The notes beneath the pieces were generated by a model, which saw nothing but the letters and a program-made list of their open reading frames with translations, was not told the origin of the DNA and did no database searches. Below, piece by piece: positions 28,314 through 38,685 of a stretch of DNA of 64,000 nt. The position numbers and the translations under genes are program-made. The stretch is from an uncultured bacterium (GTDB lineage: Bacteria > Patescibacteriota > Microgenomatia > UBA1400 > MFAQ01), in assembly GCA_963980225.1 (NCBI GenBank), contig CAXBYW010000003.1:32431-96430 (forward strand), in the 5' to 3' direction. The first letter of the stretch is position 1; each line of letters begins with the position of its first letter.

Positions 28314-29969
28314 ATGGTTAAAAAGATTCTTCGTCAGTCTAAGAACTTACTGAGCAGGCAAAACAACACTATTCTTTCAGCAGCAGCAATCATTGCTTTA
28401 TCCTATCTACTCTCTGCTATCTTAGGTTTGGTACGCAATCGTTTGTTGGTCTCTAGATTCTTTGGTGGTCTAGAAGCAGATCTAGACGTTTACTTTGCCG
28501 CGTTCATAGTTCCAGATACTCTCTTTCAACTTCTTATATTAGGCGCTTTGTCTGCTGCTTTTATTCCAATTTACCAAGAACACATCAAAGAAAAGTCTTT
28601 AAAAGAAGCCAATAAAATGGCTAACACCACCCTTACTAGTCTGGGTTCCATTCAACTTATCTTCACCTTTTTAATAATAATTTTTGCTAAACCAGTAGCC
28701 AGTTTAATCACTCACTACCCAGAACACCAGTTAAATCTAATGGCCAACCTCATCCGTATAATGTCTCTTGCTCAGATTCTTTTTACCATATCAGCTTTCT
28801 TAACCAGTGTCTTACAATCTCACCGCCGATTCTTAATACCAGCTACCGCTCCAATTTTTTACAATCTCGGCACCATAGCCGGTATATTTTTCCTATCATC
28901 AAAGTTGGGAATATATTCAGCTGCCGTGGGTATTGTGTTTGGTGCTTTACTCCATCTATTAGTCCAACTGCCTTGGGCCAAGTCACTAGGATTCTCCCCA
29001 AAAATTATCTTTCAACCTAAAAACCCAGGGACAAGGTCAGTCTTCCGTCTCATGCCACCACGGACTGCTGCACTAAGTCTGTCTCAAATTGAAAGGTGGG
29101 TTGCCGTCAACTTAATCTCTACGCTCTCTGCTGGGTCACTAGCAATTTTCAGTTTTGCTCGCCAGCTCTATGTCCTACCCATTACACTTTTTGGCGTTTC
29201 TCTTGGTCAAGCATCTTTTCCTGTTTTGTCAGCCAATTCCAGCCCTAAAGACAGCCCTAAATTTGTAAAGATTCTTTCTCAGTCAATTCTACAAATCTTT
29301 TTCTTCTCTTTGCCTGCTGCTGTTCTAATCATAGTTCTTCGTATTCCTCTAGTCCGTCTTGTCTTTGGTGCCCGTGCTTTCCCTTGGCAAGCCACCCTAT
29401 TAACAGCCAAAGCTTTAGCTTTACTTGCTCTCTCCATCGCCCCGCAGGCAACCAACCATCTTTTAACTCGGGCATTTCATGCTAAGAAAAACACCCGCAC
29501 TCCTTTAATCATTAGTCTGGTAACCATTACCTTCTTCTGTATTACCGCCTACATTAGTACTAATAAATTTAATTTAGGAATAATCGGTATTACCTCGTCA
29601 CTTAGTTTAAGTAATCTCTTGAACTTTCTCATTCTTATTACTTTAATTAATAGAAAAGTTGGTTCATTTAAAATCACCATTCCTCTTATTAAAATGATCT
29701 TCGTTAGTTTCTTGACCGCCATCTCTCTCTGGTATCCAATGCGATTGTTAGATCAGTTTGTCTTTGATACCACCCGTACCTTCCCATTGATTCTTCTAAC
29801 AATAATAGTCAGTCTGATAGGTTTTTCTGTTTATCTCTTATTATCCTTCCTCTTTAAAGTCGATCAACTTAAGCACTTCCTAAGTCTTACTAAAAAAATC
29901 GGTAACTGGCGTAAACTGCTAACTCAAACAGACGAGGTGATAGAAACTTCTCTCTCTGACCAGGTATAA
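28314..29969 (+). CDS. murJ: lipid II flippase MurJ (MviN)
   Basis: 551 aa with 14 TM. The N-terminal region (LVRNRLLVSRFFGG...DVYFAAF) is characteristic of MurJ. Confidence 0.85.
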   Translation: MVKKILRQSKNLLSRQNNTILSAAAIIALSYLLSAILGLVRNRLLVSRFFGGLEADLDVYFAAFIVPDTLFQLLILGALSAAFIPIYQEHIKEKSLKEANKMANTTLTSLGSIQLIFTFLIIIFAKPVASLITHYPEHQLNLMANLIRIMSLAQILFTISAFLTSVLQSHRRFLIPATAPIFYNLGTIAGIFFLSSKLGIYSAAVGIVFGALLHLLVQLPWAKSLGFSPKIIFQPKNPGTRSVFRLMPPRTAALSLSQIERWVAVNLISTLSAGSLAIFSFARQLYVLPITLFGVSLGQASFPVLSANSSPKDSPKFVKILSQSILQIFFFSLPAAVLIIVLRIPLVRLVFGARAFPWQATLLTAKALALLALSIAPQATNHLLTRAFHAKKNTRTPLIISLVTITFFCITAYISTNKFNLGIIGITSSLSLSNLLNFLILITLINRKVGSFKITIPLIKMIFVSFLTAISLWYPMRLLDQFVFDTTRTFPLILLTIIVSLIGFSVYLLLSFLFKVDQLKHFLSLTKKIGNWRKLLTQTDEVIETSLSDQV

Positions 29970-29982
29970 TCCCAGCAGAACC

Positions 29983-31761
29983 ATGAATATTCGAAATTTC
30001 TCCATCATTGCCCATATTGACGCCGGAAAATCTACTTTGGCAGATCGTCTTTTAGAACTTACCGGTACCGTCTCTACCAGACAGATGAAAGAACAGCTTT
30101 TAGATAGTAATCCAATAGAAAGGGAGCGAGGTATTACCATCAAACTAGCTCCCGTTACCATGAAGTACAAAGATCCCTCAGGTTCCTACATTCTAAATCT
30201 AATCGATACTCCAGGGCACGTAGACTTTAACTATGAAGTAGAAAGAGCTCTTCAGGCCTGTGAGGCAGCCATTCTTTTAATAGACGCAACCAAGGGGGTT
30301 CAAGCTCAGACCATCGCCAACCTAAGATTGGCTAAAAAACAAAACTTGACAGTTATTCCAGCCATAAACAAAATCGATTCCCCACTATCAAATGTCTCAG
30401 CCAGCACCAAACAGCTTCAGTCTCTATTAGGTGATGACTACATAGAACCTACATTGATATCCGCTAAAACTGGAGAAAATGTAGACAAACTACTAGAGGT
30501 AGTAATTAAATTATGTCCACCACCAGAGACTTCCACATCAGACAAACCTTTAAAGGCTCTGGTCTTCAACTCCATCTATCATCCACACCTAGGAGCCATT
30601 GCTTTTGTTAGACTCTTCCAGGGCTCAATTAACAAAAACATCCCTCTAAAATTTCTTTCTTCAAACATAAAGTTCACTCCGGCAGAGTTCGGTACTTTTA
30701 CTCCCGGTAGGACACCTCAAGACACTCTTACTTCAGGTGACGTGGGTTACATAGTTACCGGTTTTAAGGACATTCGTTTAATTAAGGTTGGTGACACCAT
30801 TACCTTAAATCAAAAAGAAGCAATCCAGTCTCTGCCTGGGTATAGAGAAATAAAACCCAATGTATATCAAGACATCTTCCCCACAGACAACAGTAAGTAC
30901 CACGACTTACTAGACGCTTTAGAGAAACTGAAACTAAATGACTCTTCATTAACCACAGAACCCACATCTTCATTGGTACTTGGCCAGGGTGTTAAGGTGG
31001 GTTTTTTGGGACTGCTGCACGCAGAGGTGGTTACGGAAAGACTAGAGCGTGAGTTTGATGTCCCCGTAATCGGTATCTCACCTACAGTTGAGTACAGAGC
31101 AGATCTAAAAACAGGCGAGACAGTAAGTTTTAGTTCTGCATCGACTTTTCCCGATCCTAGTAAGGTAAAAACCACCTTAGAACCTTTTGCCACTGTTCAG
31201 ATAATCACTCCAGAAGAATACTTGGGTGCAGTTATGAATCTAGCTCAAAACATCCGCGGCCAACTACTAGAGATGACCTATCTAGACAAATTAGTCCAGT
31301 TAAACTACTCGATTCCTTTAATAGAAGTAATTACTTCTCTCCATGATCAGTTAAAGTCTGTCTCGTCTGGTTTTGCCTCATTGGACTATCAGCTATCAGG
31401 CTGGCAGCCGGCCAAGTTAGTAAAACTTTCTGTATTACTAAACCATGACGAGTTCGAACCATTCTCTCTTATATGTATAGAATCAGAAGCTCAAGCAAAG
31501 GCTAAAAATCTAAGCAAAAAACTTAAAGAAGCCATTCCCAGACAACAGTTCGAGGTACCAATTCAAGTAGCCCTAGGTGGCAAAATCATCGCCAGAGAAA
31601 CAGTTAGATCTTTTAGAAAAGACGTCACCGCCAAGCTCTACGGTGGCGACGCTACTAGAAGGAAAAAACTTCTTGAAAAACAAAAAAAAGGTAAAAAACG
31701 CATGAAGCAGTTCGGTTCCGTCCAACTTCCTCAAGAAGCCTTCTTGGCTACATTAAAGTAA
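29983..31761 (+). CDS. lepA: elongation factor 4 (LepA)
   Basis: [17 protein letters not shown]-domain and the LepA-specific C-terminal domain. Confidence 0.9.
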   Translation: MNIRNFSIIAHIDAGKSTLADRLLELTGTVSTRQMKEQLLDSNPIERERGITIKLAPVTMKYKDPSGSYILNLIDTPGHVDFNYEVERALQACEAAILLIDATKGVQAQTIANLRLAKKQNLTVIPAINKIDSPLSNVSASTKQLQSLLGDDYIEPTLISAKTGENVDKLLEVVIKLCPPPETSTSDKPLKALVFNSIYHPHLGAIAFVRLFQGSINKNIPLKFLSSNIKFTPAEFGTFTPGRTPQDTLTSGDVGYIVTGFKDIRLIKVGDTITLNQKEAIQSLPGYREIKPNVYQDIFPTDNSKYHDLLDALEKLKLNDSSLTTEPTSSLVLGQGVKVGFLGLLHAEVVTERLEREFDVPVIGISPTVEYRADLKTGETVSFSSASTFPDPSKVKTTLEPFATVQIITPEEYLGAVMNLAQNIRGQLLEMTYLDKLVQLNYSIPLIEVITSLHDQLKSVSSGFASLDYQLSGWQPAKLVKLSVLLNHDEFEPFSLICIESEAQAKAKNLSKKLKEAIPRQQFEVPIQVALGGKIIARETVRSFRKDVTAKLYGGDATRRKKLLEKQKKGKKRMKQFGSVQLPQEAFLATLK

Positions 31762-31792
31762 TTGACAGATAATTATCACTCGTGATAAGATA
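31762..31792 (+). promoter_or_regulatory. putative hrcA promoter (TTGACA-18-TAAGAT) with an embedded CIRCE-like palindrome
   Basis: TTGACA at 31762-31767. Inverted repeat TTATCAC-tc-GTGATAA at 31773-31788; its left half TTATCACTC matches 8 of 9 positions of the CIRCE half-site TTAGCACTC. TAAGAT at 31786-31791. hrcA ATG at 31799. Confidence 0.45.
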
Positions 31793-31798
31793 CTGCTA

Positions 31799-32524
31799 AT
31801 GGATTTAACCGACAGACAGATAGCCATAATTAAAGCCGCGGTGGAAGAGTTCACCGAGACAGCCAAACCAGTTGGTAGTGTTACTTTAGAGAAAAAGTAC
31901 AAGTTAGGTGTATCTCCAGCTACCTTAAGAAATGAAATGGCTGTTTTAGAGGAAAAAGGTTTCTTGAGTCAGTCTCATACTTCTGCCGGTCGCACTCCCA
32001 CTTCTACCGCCATAAAATTCTACATAAACCAACTAATGAAGGAACAGGATTTATCCGTTGCCGAGGAGGTATCAGTTAAAGAAAAAGTCTGGGACCATAG
32101 GTTTGACGCAGACTCTCTTTTAAGAGAAGCCTGTCAGGTTTTAGCTAGCCGAGCTAAATCTTTATCTGTAGCCACTACTTCTTCTGGTAAGTCTTACCAT
32201 GCCGGTTATGCCAACCTACTAAACTTTCCTGAATTTTTTAACATAGACGTTACTAGAAAGGTCTTGAGATTACTAGATGAAACAGACCTTTTATCCGAGG
32301 TCTTTGATCGCGCTGCCGGTAATCAACCAATTCATGTTCTAATTGGTCACGAACTTGGTCCAGACTTCTTTGAACCAGTAAGTTTAATTTTTGCTGATCT
32401 CCAAATTGGAGGCAAAAAAGGCACCTTAGGTGTTATTTCTTCATATAGACAGCAGTATCAGAAAAACATACCTCTAGTTCGATACGTAGCCAACTTAGTT
32501 AATCAAATTAGTCAAGACTGGTAA
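31799..32524 (+). CDS. hrcA: heat-inducible transcription repressor HrcA (short form)
   Basis: N-terminal winged-HTH (LTDRQIAIIKAAVEEF...GSVTLEKKYKLGVSPATLRNEMAVLEEKGFL). Sits upstream of grpE-dnaK-dnaJ. Confidence 0.8.
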   Translation: MDLTDRQIAIIKAAVEEFTETAKPVGSVTLEKKYKLGVSPATLRNEMAVLEEKGFLSQSHTSAGRTPTSTAIKFYINQLMKEQDLSVAEEVSVKEKVWDHRFDADSLLREACQVLASRAKSLSVATTSSGKSYHAGYANLLNFPEFFNIDVTRKVLRLLDETDLLSEVFDRAAGNQPIHVLIGHELGPDFFEPVSLIFADLQIGGKKGTLGVISSYRQQYQKNIPLVRYVANLVNQISQDW

Positions 32525-32530
32525 AGCAAC

Positions 32531-32968
32531 ATGACAAAAAAAATAAAAAACACCAAACTAGAGAAAGAAGTAAAAGATCTTGAAAATAAATTCAAGCGTG
32601 CTCTGGCTGATTACCAGAACCAAACCAAACGCCATCAGTCTCGCCAGACAGAGATTATCAAATTTGCCAACGAAAGCCTTTTAGACAAACTTCTACCCGT
32701 ACTAGATTCTTTAGAAATGGCACAGCACCATCTAAAAGACACCGGTCTTAAAATGATTCTTGATCAATTTAATAAGATCATTAACTTAGAAGGAGTCAAA
32801 GAAATTACCTCAACAGGCCAAAAGTTTAACCCGGAAACAATGGACTGTGCCGTCTTAGTTAAAGGCTCTAAAGACATAGCTGTTACTACCTTAGTTAAAG
32901 GCTATACTTATTATGACAAGGTCCTTCGCCCAGCCAAAGTAGAAGTTGGATCAGGCCAGAAAAAGTAA
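32531..32968 (+). CDS. grpE: nucleotide exchange factor GrpE
   Basis: RALADYQNQTKRHQ and the C-terminal beta-domain pattern. Operon context. Confidence 0.85.
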   Translation: MTKKIKNTKLEKEVKDLENKFKRALADYQNQTKRHQSRQTEIIKFANESLLDKLLPVLDSLEMAQHHLKDTGLKMILDQFNKIINLEGVKEITSTGQKFNPETMDCAVLVKGSKDIAVTTLVKGYTYYDKVLRPAKVEVGSGQKK

Positions 32969-33021
32969 TTCATTTGAATATTATCTGAATATTAATTAAT
33001 ATCAATTAAATAAATAAAAAC

Positions 33022-34938
33022 ATGAGTAAAATAATCGGAATCGATCTAGGAACCACCAACAGCGCCATAGCTGTCATGGAAGGCGGTAAGGCAGTAATTA
33101 TCCCTTCAGCAGAAGGTAAAAACACCTTTCCTTCAGTAGTTGAACCAGAAAAAAACTTAGCCGGTGAAGTGGCTAAACGCCAGATGATCCTAAATCCAGA
33201 AAACACGGTATCTTCTGTTAAAAGACTCATGGGTCAAAAATTCTCTTCCCCCAATGTGACCAAAGCCAAAAAACACGCTGCATATAAAATCGTAGAAGGT
33301 AAGCAGGGTATGTCTGCCATAGAAGTCAACGGTAAAACCTACACTCCACAAGAAATCTCCGCCAAAATTCTCTCAAAAGCCAAGGCGGATGCAGAAAGCT
33401 ATCTAGGTGACAAAGTTACCGAAGCAGTCATTACCGTACCTGCTTACTTTGACGACTCTCAACGCCAAGCCACCAAACAAGCCGGAGAGATCGCCGGACT
33501 AAAAGTTAAAAGAATCATCAATGAGCCTACCGCTGCTTCTCTAGCCTACGGACTAGACAAGAAAAAGCAAGAAATAGTAGCCGTTTACGACCTGGGTGGA
33601 GGTACTTTTGACGTTTCCATCTTAGAGTTAGGTGATGGAGTTTTTGAAGTCAAGTCCACCGCTGGTGACACCTTTTTAGGTGGTGATGACTTTGACCAAA
33701 AAATCATTGAGTACATTCTCTCTGAATTCAAGAAAGAAAATGGCATAGACTTAGAAAAAGACAAACAAGCTCTTCAACGAATTAAAGATGCCGCTGAAAA
33801 AGCCAAGATAGAGCTCTCAAGTTCTACCGAGACCGAGATAAGCCAACCCTTCATCACTCAAGGTTCAGACGGACAACCTCTACATTTAAATCTAAAACTA
33901 ACCCGCGCCAAACTTGAAGAACTGGTAGCCGATCTAGTTAAAAAAACAATCCCTCCTTGTGAGCAGGCTTTAAAAGACGCCAAGTTAGATAAAAAAGACA
34001 TCAACGAGGTAATCTTAGTTGGTGGTATGACCAGAATGCCTAAAGTCCAACAAGTAGTCAAAGACTTCTTTGGTAAAGAATCCAATAAAAGCGTTAATCC
34101 TGACGAAGCCGTAGCTTTGGGTGCTGCTATTCAAGGTGGAGTACTAGCAGGCGATGTCAAAGACGTCCTACTTTTAGACGTAACCCCTCTCAGTTTGGGA
34201 CTAGAAACAATGGGTAGTGTAATGACTTCTTTAATAGAACGAAACACCACCGTTCCTACCAGCAAGTCTCAGGTCTTCTCTACCGCTGCAGACAATCAAC
34301 CTCAAGTAGAGGTAAACGTTCTTCAGGGTGAACGTCCCATGGCCCAAGACAACAAGTCACTAGGTAGGTTCGTTCTGGATGGTATTCCTCCAGCTCAAAG
34401 AGGTATTCCTCAAATCGAGGTAACCTTTAACATAGATGCCGACGGTATCTTAAACGTCTCCGCTAAGGACAAGGCTACTAGTAAAGAGCAAAACATCACC
34501 ATCAAAAATGCCACTAACCTTTCAGAAGAAGAAGTGGAAAAGATGAAGCAAGAGGCAGAAAAATATGCCGACGAAGACAAAAAGAAAAAAGACTTAGTGG
34601 ACAAAAAGAACGAAGCAGAGACCTTCATCTTTGCCACCAGAAAAGCTTTAGAGTCAGCTGGTGATAAATTCGACAAAAAAGCCAAAGAAGAAATAGAGGC
34701 AGAACTAAAGGTTTTAGAAGAAGAAAAAAACTCCGACAAAACCACTTCAAAGTCCTTGTCTGAAAAACTAGAAAAAGCCACCAAGGTTGCTCAAACACAC
34801 GGCGAAGCTCTCTATAAAGCTGCTCAAGAGGCTGAGGACAAAAACAAACCTAAGGAAAAAGGTAAAAAAGGTGACTCCAAGAAGACTGATGATAAACCTA
34901 AGGCAGATGCCGAAGAGGGTCAAGTAGTAGAGGAGTAA
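33022..34938 (+). CDS. dnaK: chaperone DnaK (Hsp70)
   Basis: [17 protein letters not shown] and other Hsp70 signatures. Confidence 0.95.
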   Translation: MSKIIGIDLGTTNSAIAVMEGGKAVIIPSAEGKNTFPSVVEPEKNLAGEVAKRQMILNPENTVSSVKRLMGQKFSSPNVTKAKKHAAYKIVEGKQGMSAIEVNGKTYTPQEISAKILSKAKADAESYLGDKVTEAVITVPAYFDDSQRQATKQAGEIAGLKVKRIINEPTAASLAYGLDKKKQEIVAVYDLGGGTFDVSILELGDGVFEVKSTAGDTFLGGDDFDQKIIEYILSEFKKENGIDLEKDKQALQRIKDAAEKAKIELSSSTETEISQPFITQGSDGQPLHLNLKLTRAKLEELVADLVKKTIPPCEQALKDAKLDKKDINEVILVGGMTRMPKVQQVVKDFFGKESNKSVNPDEAVALGAAIQGGVLAGDVKDVLLLDVTPLSLGLETMGSVMTSLIERNTTVPTSKSQVFSTAADNQPQVEVNVLQGERPMAQDNKSLGRFVLDGIPPAQRGIPQIEVTFNIDADGILNVSAKDKATSKEQNITIKNATNLSEEEVEKMKQEAEKYADEDKKKKDLVDKKNEAETFIFATRKALESAGDKFDKKAKEEIEAELKVLEEEKNSDKTTSKSLSEKLEKATKVAQTHGEALYKAAQEAEDKNKPKEKGKKGDSKKTDDKPKADAEEGQVVEE

Positions 34939-34949
34939 AATAAATATCC

Positions 34950-35795
34950 ATGACCAGTAAACGTGACTACTACGATATTCTTAGTGTCTCCAAAGAATCC
35001 TCAGCTGCCGATATTAAATCAGCCTACAGAAAACTAGCTGTTAAGTGGCATCCAGATAAAAACAAAAACAAAAAAGAAGCAGAGGAGAAATTTAAAGAGA
35101 TAAACGAAGCCTACGAAATCCTCTCTAATACCGAAAAGAAAAAAACCTATGACCAATTTGGTCACGCTGCTTTTGACCCGTCTATGGGTGCAAATCCTTA
35201 CAGTAGTGCCGGTCGCCAGTCCGGTCCATTCACTTATTCCTACTCCTCAAATGGCCAAGGAATAAACTTCGAAGATCTCTTTGGTGGGTCTGGATACTCC
35301 GATCCTTTTCAGGTTTTCCAAGATTTTTTTGGTGGTAGGCAACAAGCCAAACCTCATTACTCCTTAAAAATTGAGTTTATGGATGCCGTCAACGGTATAG
35401 AAAAGAAGATTGTCCACCAAGGTAAACAGTTCACGATCAAGGTTCCAGCAGGAGCAGATGATGGTACTAGAATAAGGTTTAGCGAGTTTGACGTCTCAAT
35501 AAACGTTAAAACTCACAAAGATTTTAAACGCAACAATTATGATATCTATCTAGATAAGGAGATTCCTTTCACCACAGCTATCCTCGGTGGCAACATCACC
35601 GTTCCTACCTTAGATAAAGATCTAAAACTAAAGATAAGACCAGGCACCCAACCAAACACCTCCATTAGGCTTTCAGGTAAAGGTATAAAACAACTAAGAT
35701 CTTCAAGGCGAGGGGACTTTTACATTCGTCTCATCATTATCTTCCCAAAAAAACTAACCCGCCAACAAAAACAAGCTCTCCAACACTTCACCTAA
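34950..35795 (+). CDS. dnaJ: J-domain co-chaperone DnaJ (no Cys-rich zinc finger)
   Basis: DYYDIL...HPDKN J-domain, a G/F-rich linker and C-terminal CTD repeats. No CxxCxGxG zinc-finger repeats. Confidence 0.85.
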   Translation: MTSKRDYYDILSVSKESSAADIKSAYRKLAVKWHPDKNKNKKEAEEKFKEINEAYEILSNTEKKKTYDQFGHAAFDPSMGANPYSSAGRQSGPFTYSYSSNGQGINFEDLFGGSGYSDPFQVFQDFFGGRQQAKPHYSLKIEFMDAVNGIEKKIVHQGKQFTIKVPAGADDGTRIRFSEFDVSINVKTHKDFKRNNYDIYLDKEIPFTTAILGGNITVPTLDKDLKLKIRPGTQPNTSIRLSGKGIKQLRSSRRGDFYIRLIIIFPKKLTRQQKQALQHFT

Positions 35796-35848
35796 AATTT
35801 GCCCTTAAGCCTTAAAAAAGATATAATGTCGCCAGGGTAAGAGTAATA

Positions 35849-35870
35849 GGGGTGGCTATGCCACCTTTTT
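35849..35870 (+). terminator. intrinsic terminator after dnaJ
   Basis: GGGGTGGC-tat-GCCACC hairpin followed by TTTTT. Confidence 0.65.
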
Positions 35871-35912
35871 AGTTACGCTTGCTTCAAAATCAAAAATAAA
35901 TAAATAACAAAA

Positions 35913-37283
35913 ATGGACAACAATCAATTAACCGCCAGAACCGAATTTGCCGCCGCTATCAACCAGATTGCTTCTGAGAAGGGTATCTCTCCAAAAATAA
36001 TCATAGACGCCATAAAAAAAGGTCTAGTCGCCTCTTTCAAAAAAGACTTCCCTTCTTTAGCTGAAGAGGTAGAAGAAGACGAAACAAAAACCATAGTAGC
36101 CGAGATAGACGAAGAAGATGGCGGTTTCAGAATTTATCATGGTAAGGAAGGTCAAAAGATAAAAGAAATGAAAGACATTACTCCTCCAGGTTTTGGTAGA
36201 ATAGCGGCTCAAACAGCCAAGCAGGTTCTCTCACAGGATCTAAGAGAAGCTGAAAAAGTCTCGATTCTGGAAGAGTATGAAGAAAAAGTTGGCGACATAA
36301 TAAACGGCATGGTGCAAAGAATGGACGGTAGAAATGTAGTTGTAGACATTGGTCGTGGCCAGGGGGTCATGCCACCAGAAGAACAAGTTGGTAATGAGTA
36401 CTACAAGCTAAACTCCAGGATTAGTGTCTTAATAAAAGAAATTGGCGAAACAGCCAGAGGTGAAGCAATAATAGTATCAAGATCAGACCCTAAACTAGTA
36501 GAAGGCCTTTTCTCAAGAGAAGTACCAGAAGTAGGTGCAGGTAGTGTGGTAGTCAAAGCTATTGCTCGTGAGGCAGGCTCAAGAACCAAGGTGGCCGTAG
36601 AATCAACTCAAGACGGAGTAGATCCAGTTGGTTCCTGTGTTGGTCAAAAAGGAGTCAGAGTCCAAGCCGTAATAAACGAGCTTAACGGAGAAAAAATAGA
36701 TATTATTCAGTACTCTCAAGATCAAGACAAGTTCATCACTACTGCTCTAGCTCCAGCCGACGGTCTCTCAATTGTAAAAGATAAAGAAACAGACGAATAC
36801 GTAGTTACCGTACCTGATGATCAGTTATCTCTTGCCATCGGTAGAGGAGGCCAAAACGTAAAACTAGCCGCCAAACTTACAGGAGTCAGGCTAAAAATTA
36901 TCTCAGACAAAACAGATCCAGGCATTACTGTTACTGGAGACGAAGAACTGGAAATAGACCAACTTGGGCTTCCAAGTAAAATAAGAAACCTATTAGTAGA
37001 AGCTAGTATGACCAAAATTGAAGACATATTGTTCAACCCAGACAAACTAGATGAAATAAAAGGTATAGGTCCAAAGTCTTTGGAAAAGATAAAGAAACAA
37101 GTATCAGCCTACAAACCTCCAGCCAGAGAAGAAGCGCCTGTCAAAGAGGAACTTATTAAGAAAGATCCTGTCAAAAAGAAAACCATTAAAAAAGAAACCT
37201 CCAAAGAAAAGATTACCAAAGAAAAACCCGTTAAAGAAGATCCTGTCCAAGAAGAGGAGCCAAGTAATGAAGAAGCAAAATAA
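35913..37283 (+). CDS. nusA: transcription termination/antitermination factor NusA with a Lys/Glu-rich C-terminal tail
   Basis: NusA N-terminal domain, S1 and tandem KH regions. The tail reads KEDPVKKKTIKKETSKEKITKEKPVKE. Confidence 0.85.
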   Translation: MDNNQLTARTEFAAAINQIASEKGISPKIIIDAIKKGLVASFKKDFPSLAEEVEEDETKTIVAEIDEEDGGFRIYHGKEGQKIKEMKDITPPGFGRIAAQTAKQVLSQDLREAEKVSILEEYEEKVGDIINGMVQRMDGRNVVVDIGRGQGVMPPEEQVGNEYYKLNSRISVLIKEIGETARGEAIIVSRSDPKLVEGLFSREVPEVGAGSVVVKAIAREAGSRTKVAVESTQDGVDPVGSCVGQKGVRVQAVINELNGEKIDIIQYSQDQDKFITTALAPADGLSIVKDKETDEYVVTVPDDQLSLAIGRGGQNVKLAAKLTGVRLKIISDKTDPGITVTGDEELEIDQLGLPSKIRNLLVEASMTKIEDILFNPDKLDEIKGIGPKSLEKIKKQVSAYKPPAREEAPVKEELIKKDPVKKKTIKKETSKEKITKEKPVKEDPVQEEEPSNEEAK

Positions 37284-38679
37284 TGAGAACACCAGGCCGC
37301 CAATAGTCACTATCCTAGGTCACGTTGATCACGGGAAGACCTCTATTTTAGATAAAATTCGCTCATCCAACCTTCAGGGTAAAGAAAGTGGTGGTATTAC
37401 TCAAACAATAGGAGCTTATCAAGTAGTCCACCAAGGTAAACCCATCACTTTTATTGATACTCCCGGGCATGAAGCCTTCGAGGCTATGCGTAGTCGAGGT
37501 GGGCAGATTGCCGATATTGCTATTCTTGTTGTAGCCGCCGATGACAGTGTTAAACCTCAAACAAAAGAGTCAGTTAAGCACATCAAAAAAGCCAAAATAC
37601 CTTATTTAGTTGCAATAAACAAAATTGACGTTGCTGGTGCAGACACTACAAAGGTAAAAACCGATCTAGGTGAGATAGGTGAGTACCTAGAAGGTTTTGG
37701 AGGCGACATACCTTTTGTTGAGGTATCCGCCAAAACAGGAGAAGGTCTAGATAAGCTCCTAGAATTGATTCTACTTCTAGCCGAGCTAGAAGAATTAAGA
37801 GACACCTCCCAAAAGACCCCTGCAAGTGGTGTTGTCCTAGAGGCTCAATTACATCCACAAAAAGGTCCTTTAGCTACCATACTGATAAAACAAGGCCAAT
37901 TCCTCCTAAAAGACAATCTGTTTAAAGACACAAAACTCATTGGTAAGGTCAGAGCTATGAACATAAGTACCGGTAATCTTGTTCAAAAAGCTCTACCCTC
38001 TACTCCAATTCAAATTATTGGTTTTAAAGAAGCTCCTTCTACTGGAGACATCATTACTACTAAACCTTCTGATCTTGCTCAAATAAAACAAAAAAACAAG
38101 GTCAAAATAAAGCTAGATCCAGAAAAACCCAACATGGTTATAAAAGCGGCCGTTAAAGGTGGTTTAGAGGCTGTATTAGGTAAAATCACAGACAAGATAA
38201 ATCTAGTGTCAAGTGGTGTTGGTTCCGTCACTGGTTCAGATATAGAAACAGCTAGTATAAATAACGCTCAAATTATTGGCTTTAACTCAAAAATATCAAC
38301 CAGTGTAAAAAAATTAGCCGCCACAGAAGGAGTTACTTTTAAAAACTTCTCAATAATCTACCACCTTTTTGAGTATGTTGATGATCTGTTCGAGCAAAGG
38401 AAAGCTCCACCTCCACCAAAAGAAACCAGCCAGATAAAAATCAAGAAGGTTTTCAACGTCAATGGTCAAGTTGTCTTAGGTGGTGTAGTCATAAAAGGCA
38501 AGGTGTCCTTTGGAGACATGGTTAAGGGTTCAAAAATAGTCTCTCTCCAGTCTTCAAAAGAAAAGTTAGAGGTTGTTAAAAAAGATCAAGAGCTGGGATT
38601 AATTCTTAGTCCAAGTCTTGACATCAAGGAAGAAGAGGTTATAATAACCCATAGCAGTGATAAAAAAGACAAAGAATAA
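37267..38679 (+). CDS. infB: translation initiation factor IF-2 (minimal, G-domain at residue about 10)
   Basis: [18 protein letters not shown] and NKID G motifs. 470 aa. Confidence 0.85.
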   Translation: MKKQNNENTRPPIVTILGHVDHGKTSILDKIRSSNLQGKESGGITQTIGAYQVVHQGKPITFIDTPGHEAFEAMRSRGGQIADIAILVVAADDSVKPQTKESVKHIKKAKIPYLVAINKIDVAGADTTKVKTDLGEIGEYLEGFGGDIPFVEVSAKTGEGLDKLLELILLLAELEELRDTSQKTPASGVVLEAQLHPQKGPLATILIKQGQFLLKDNLFKDTKLIGKVRAMNISTGNLVQKALPSTPIQIIGFKEAPSTGDIITTKPSDLAQIKQKNKVKIKLDPEKPNMVIKAAVKGGLEAVLGKITDKINLVSSGVGSVTGSDIETASINNAQIIGFNSKISTSVKKLAATEGVTFKNFSIIYHLFEYVDDLFEQRKAPPPPKETSQIKIKKVFNVNGQVVLGGVVIKGKVSFGDMVKGSKIVSLQSSKEKLEVVKKDQELGLILSPSLDIKEEEVIITHSSDKKDKE

Positions 38680-38685
38680 AGAATA

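Noticed and set aside
35796-35912. Possible small RNA or tRNA in the dnaJ-nusA spacer
   Set aside because: There is no cloverleaf. The only structure is a simple GC hairpin plus a T-run, best explained as the dnaJ terminator.
37104-37310. Minus-strand 64-68-aa ORFs over the nusA 3' end
   Set aside because: Antisense to the KE-rich NusA tail. Their low-complexity translations are artefacts.
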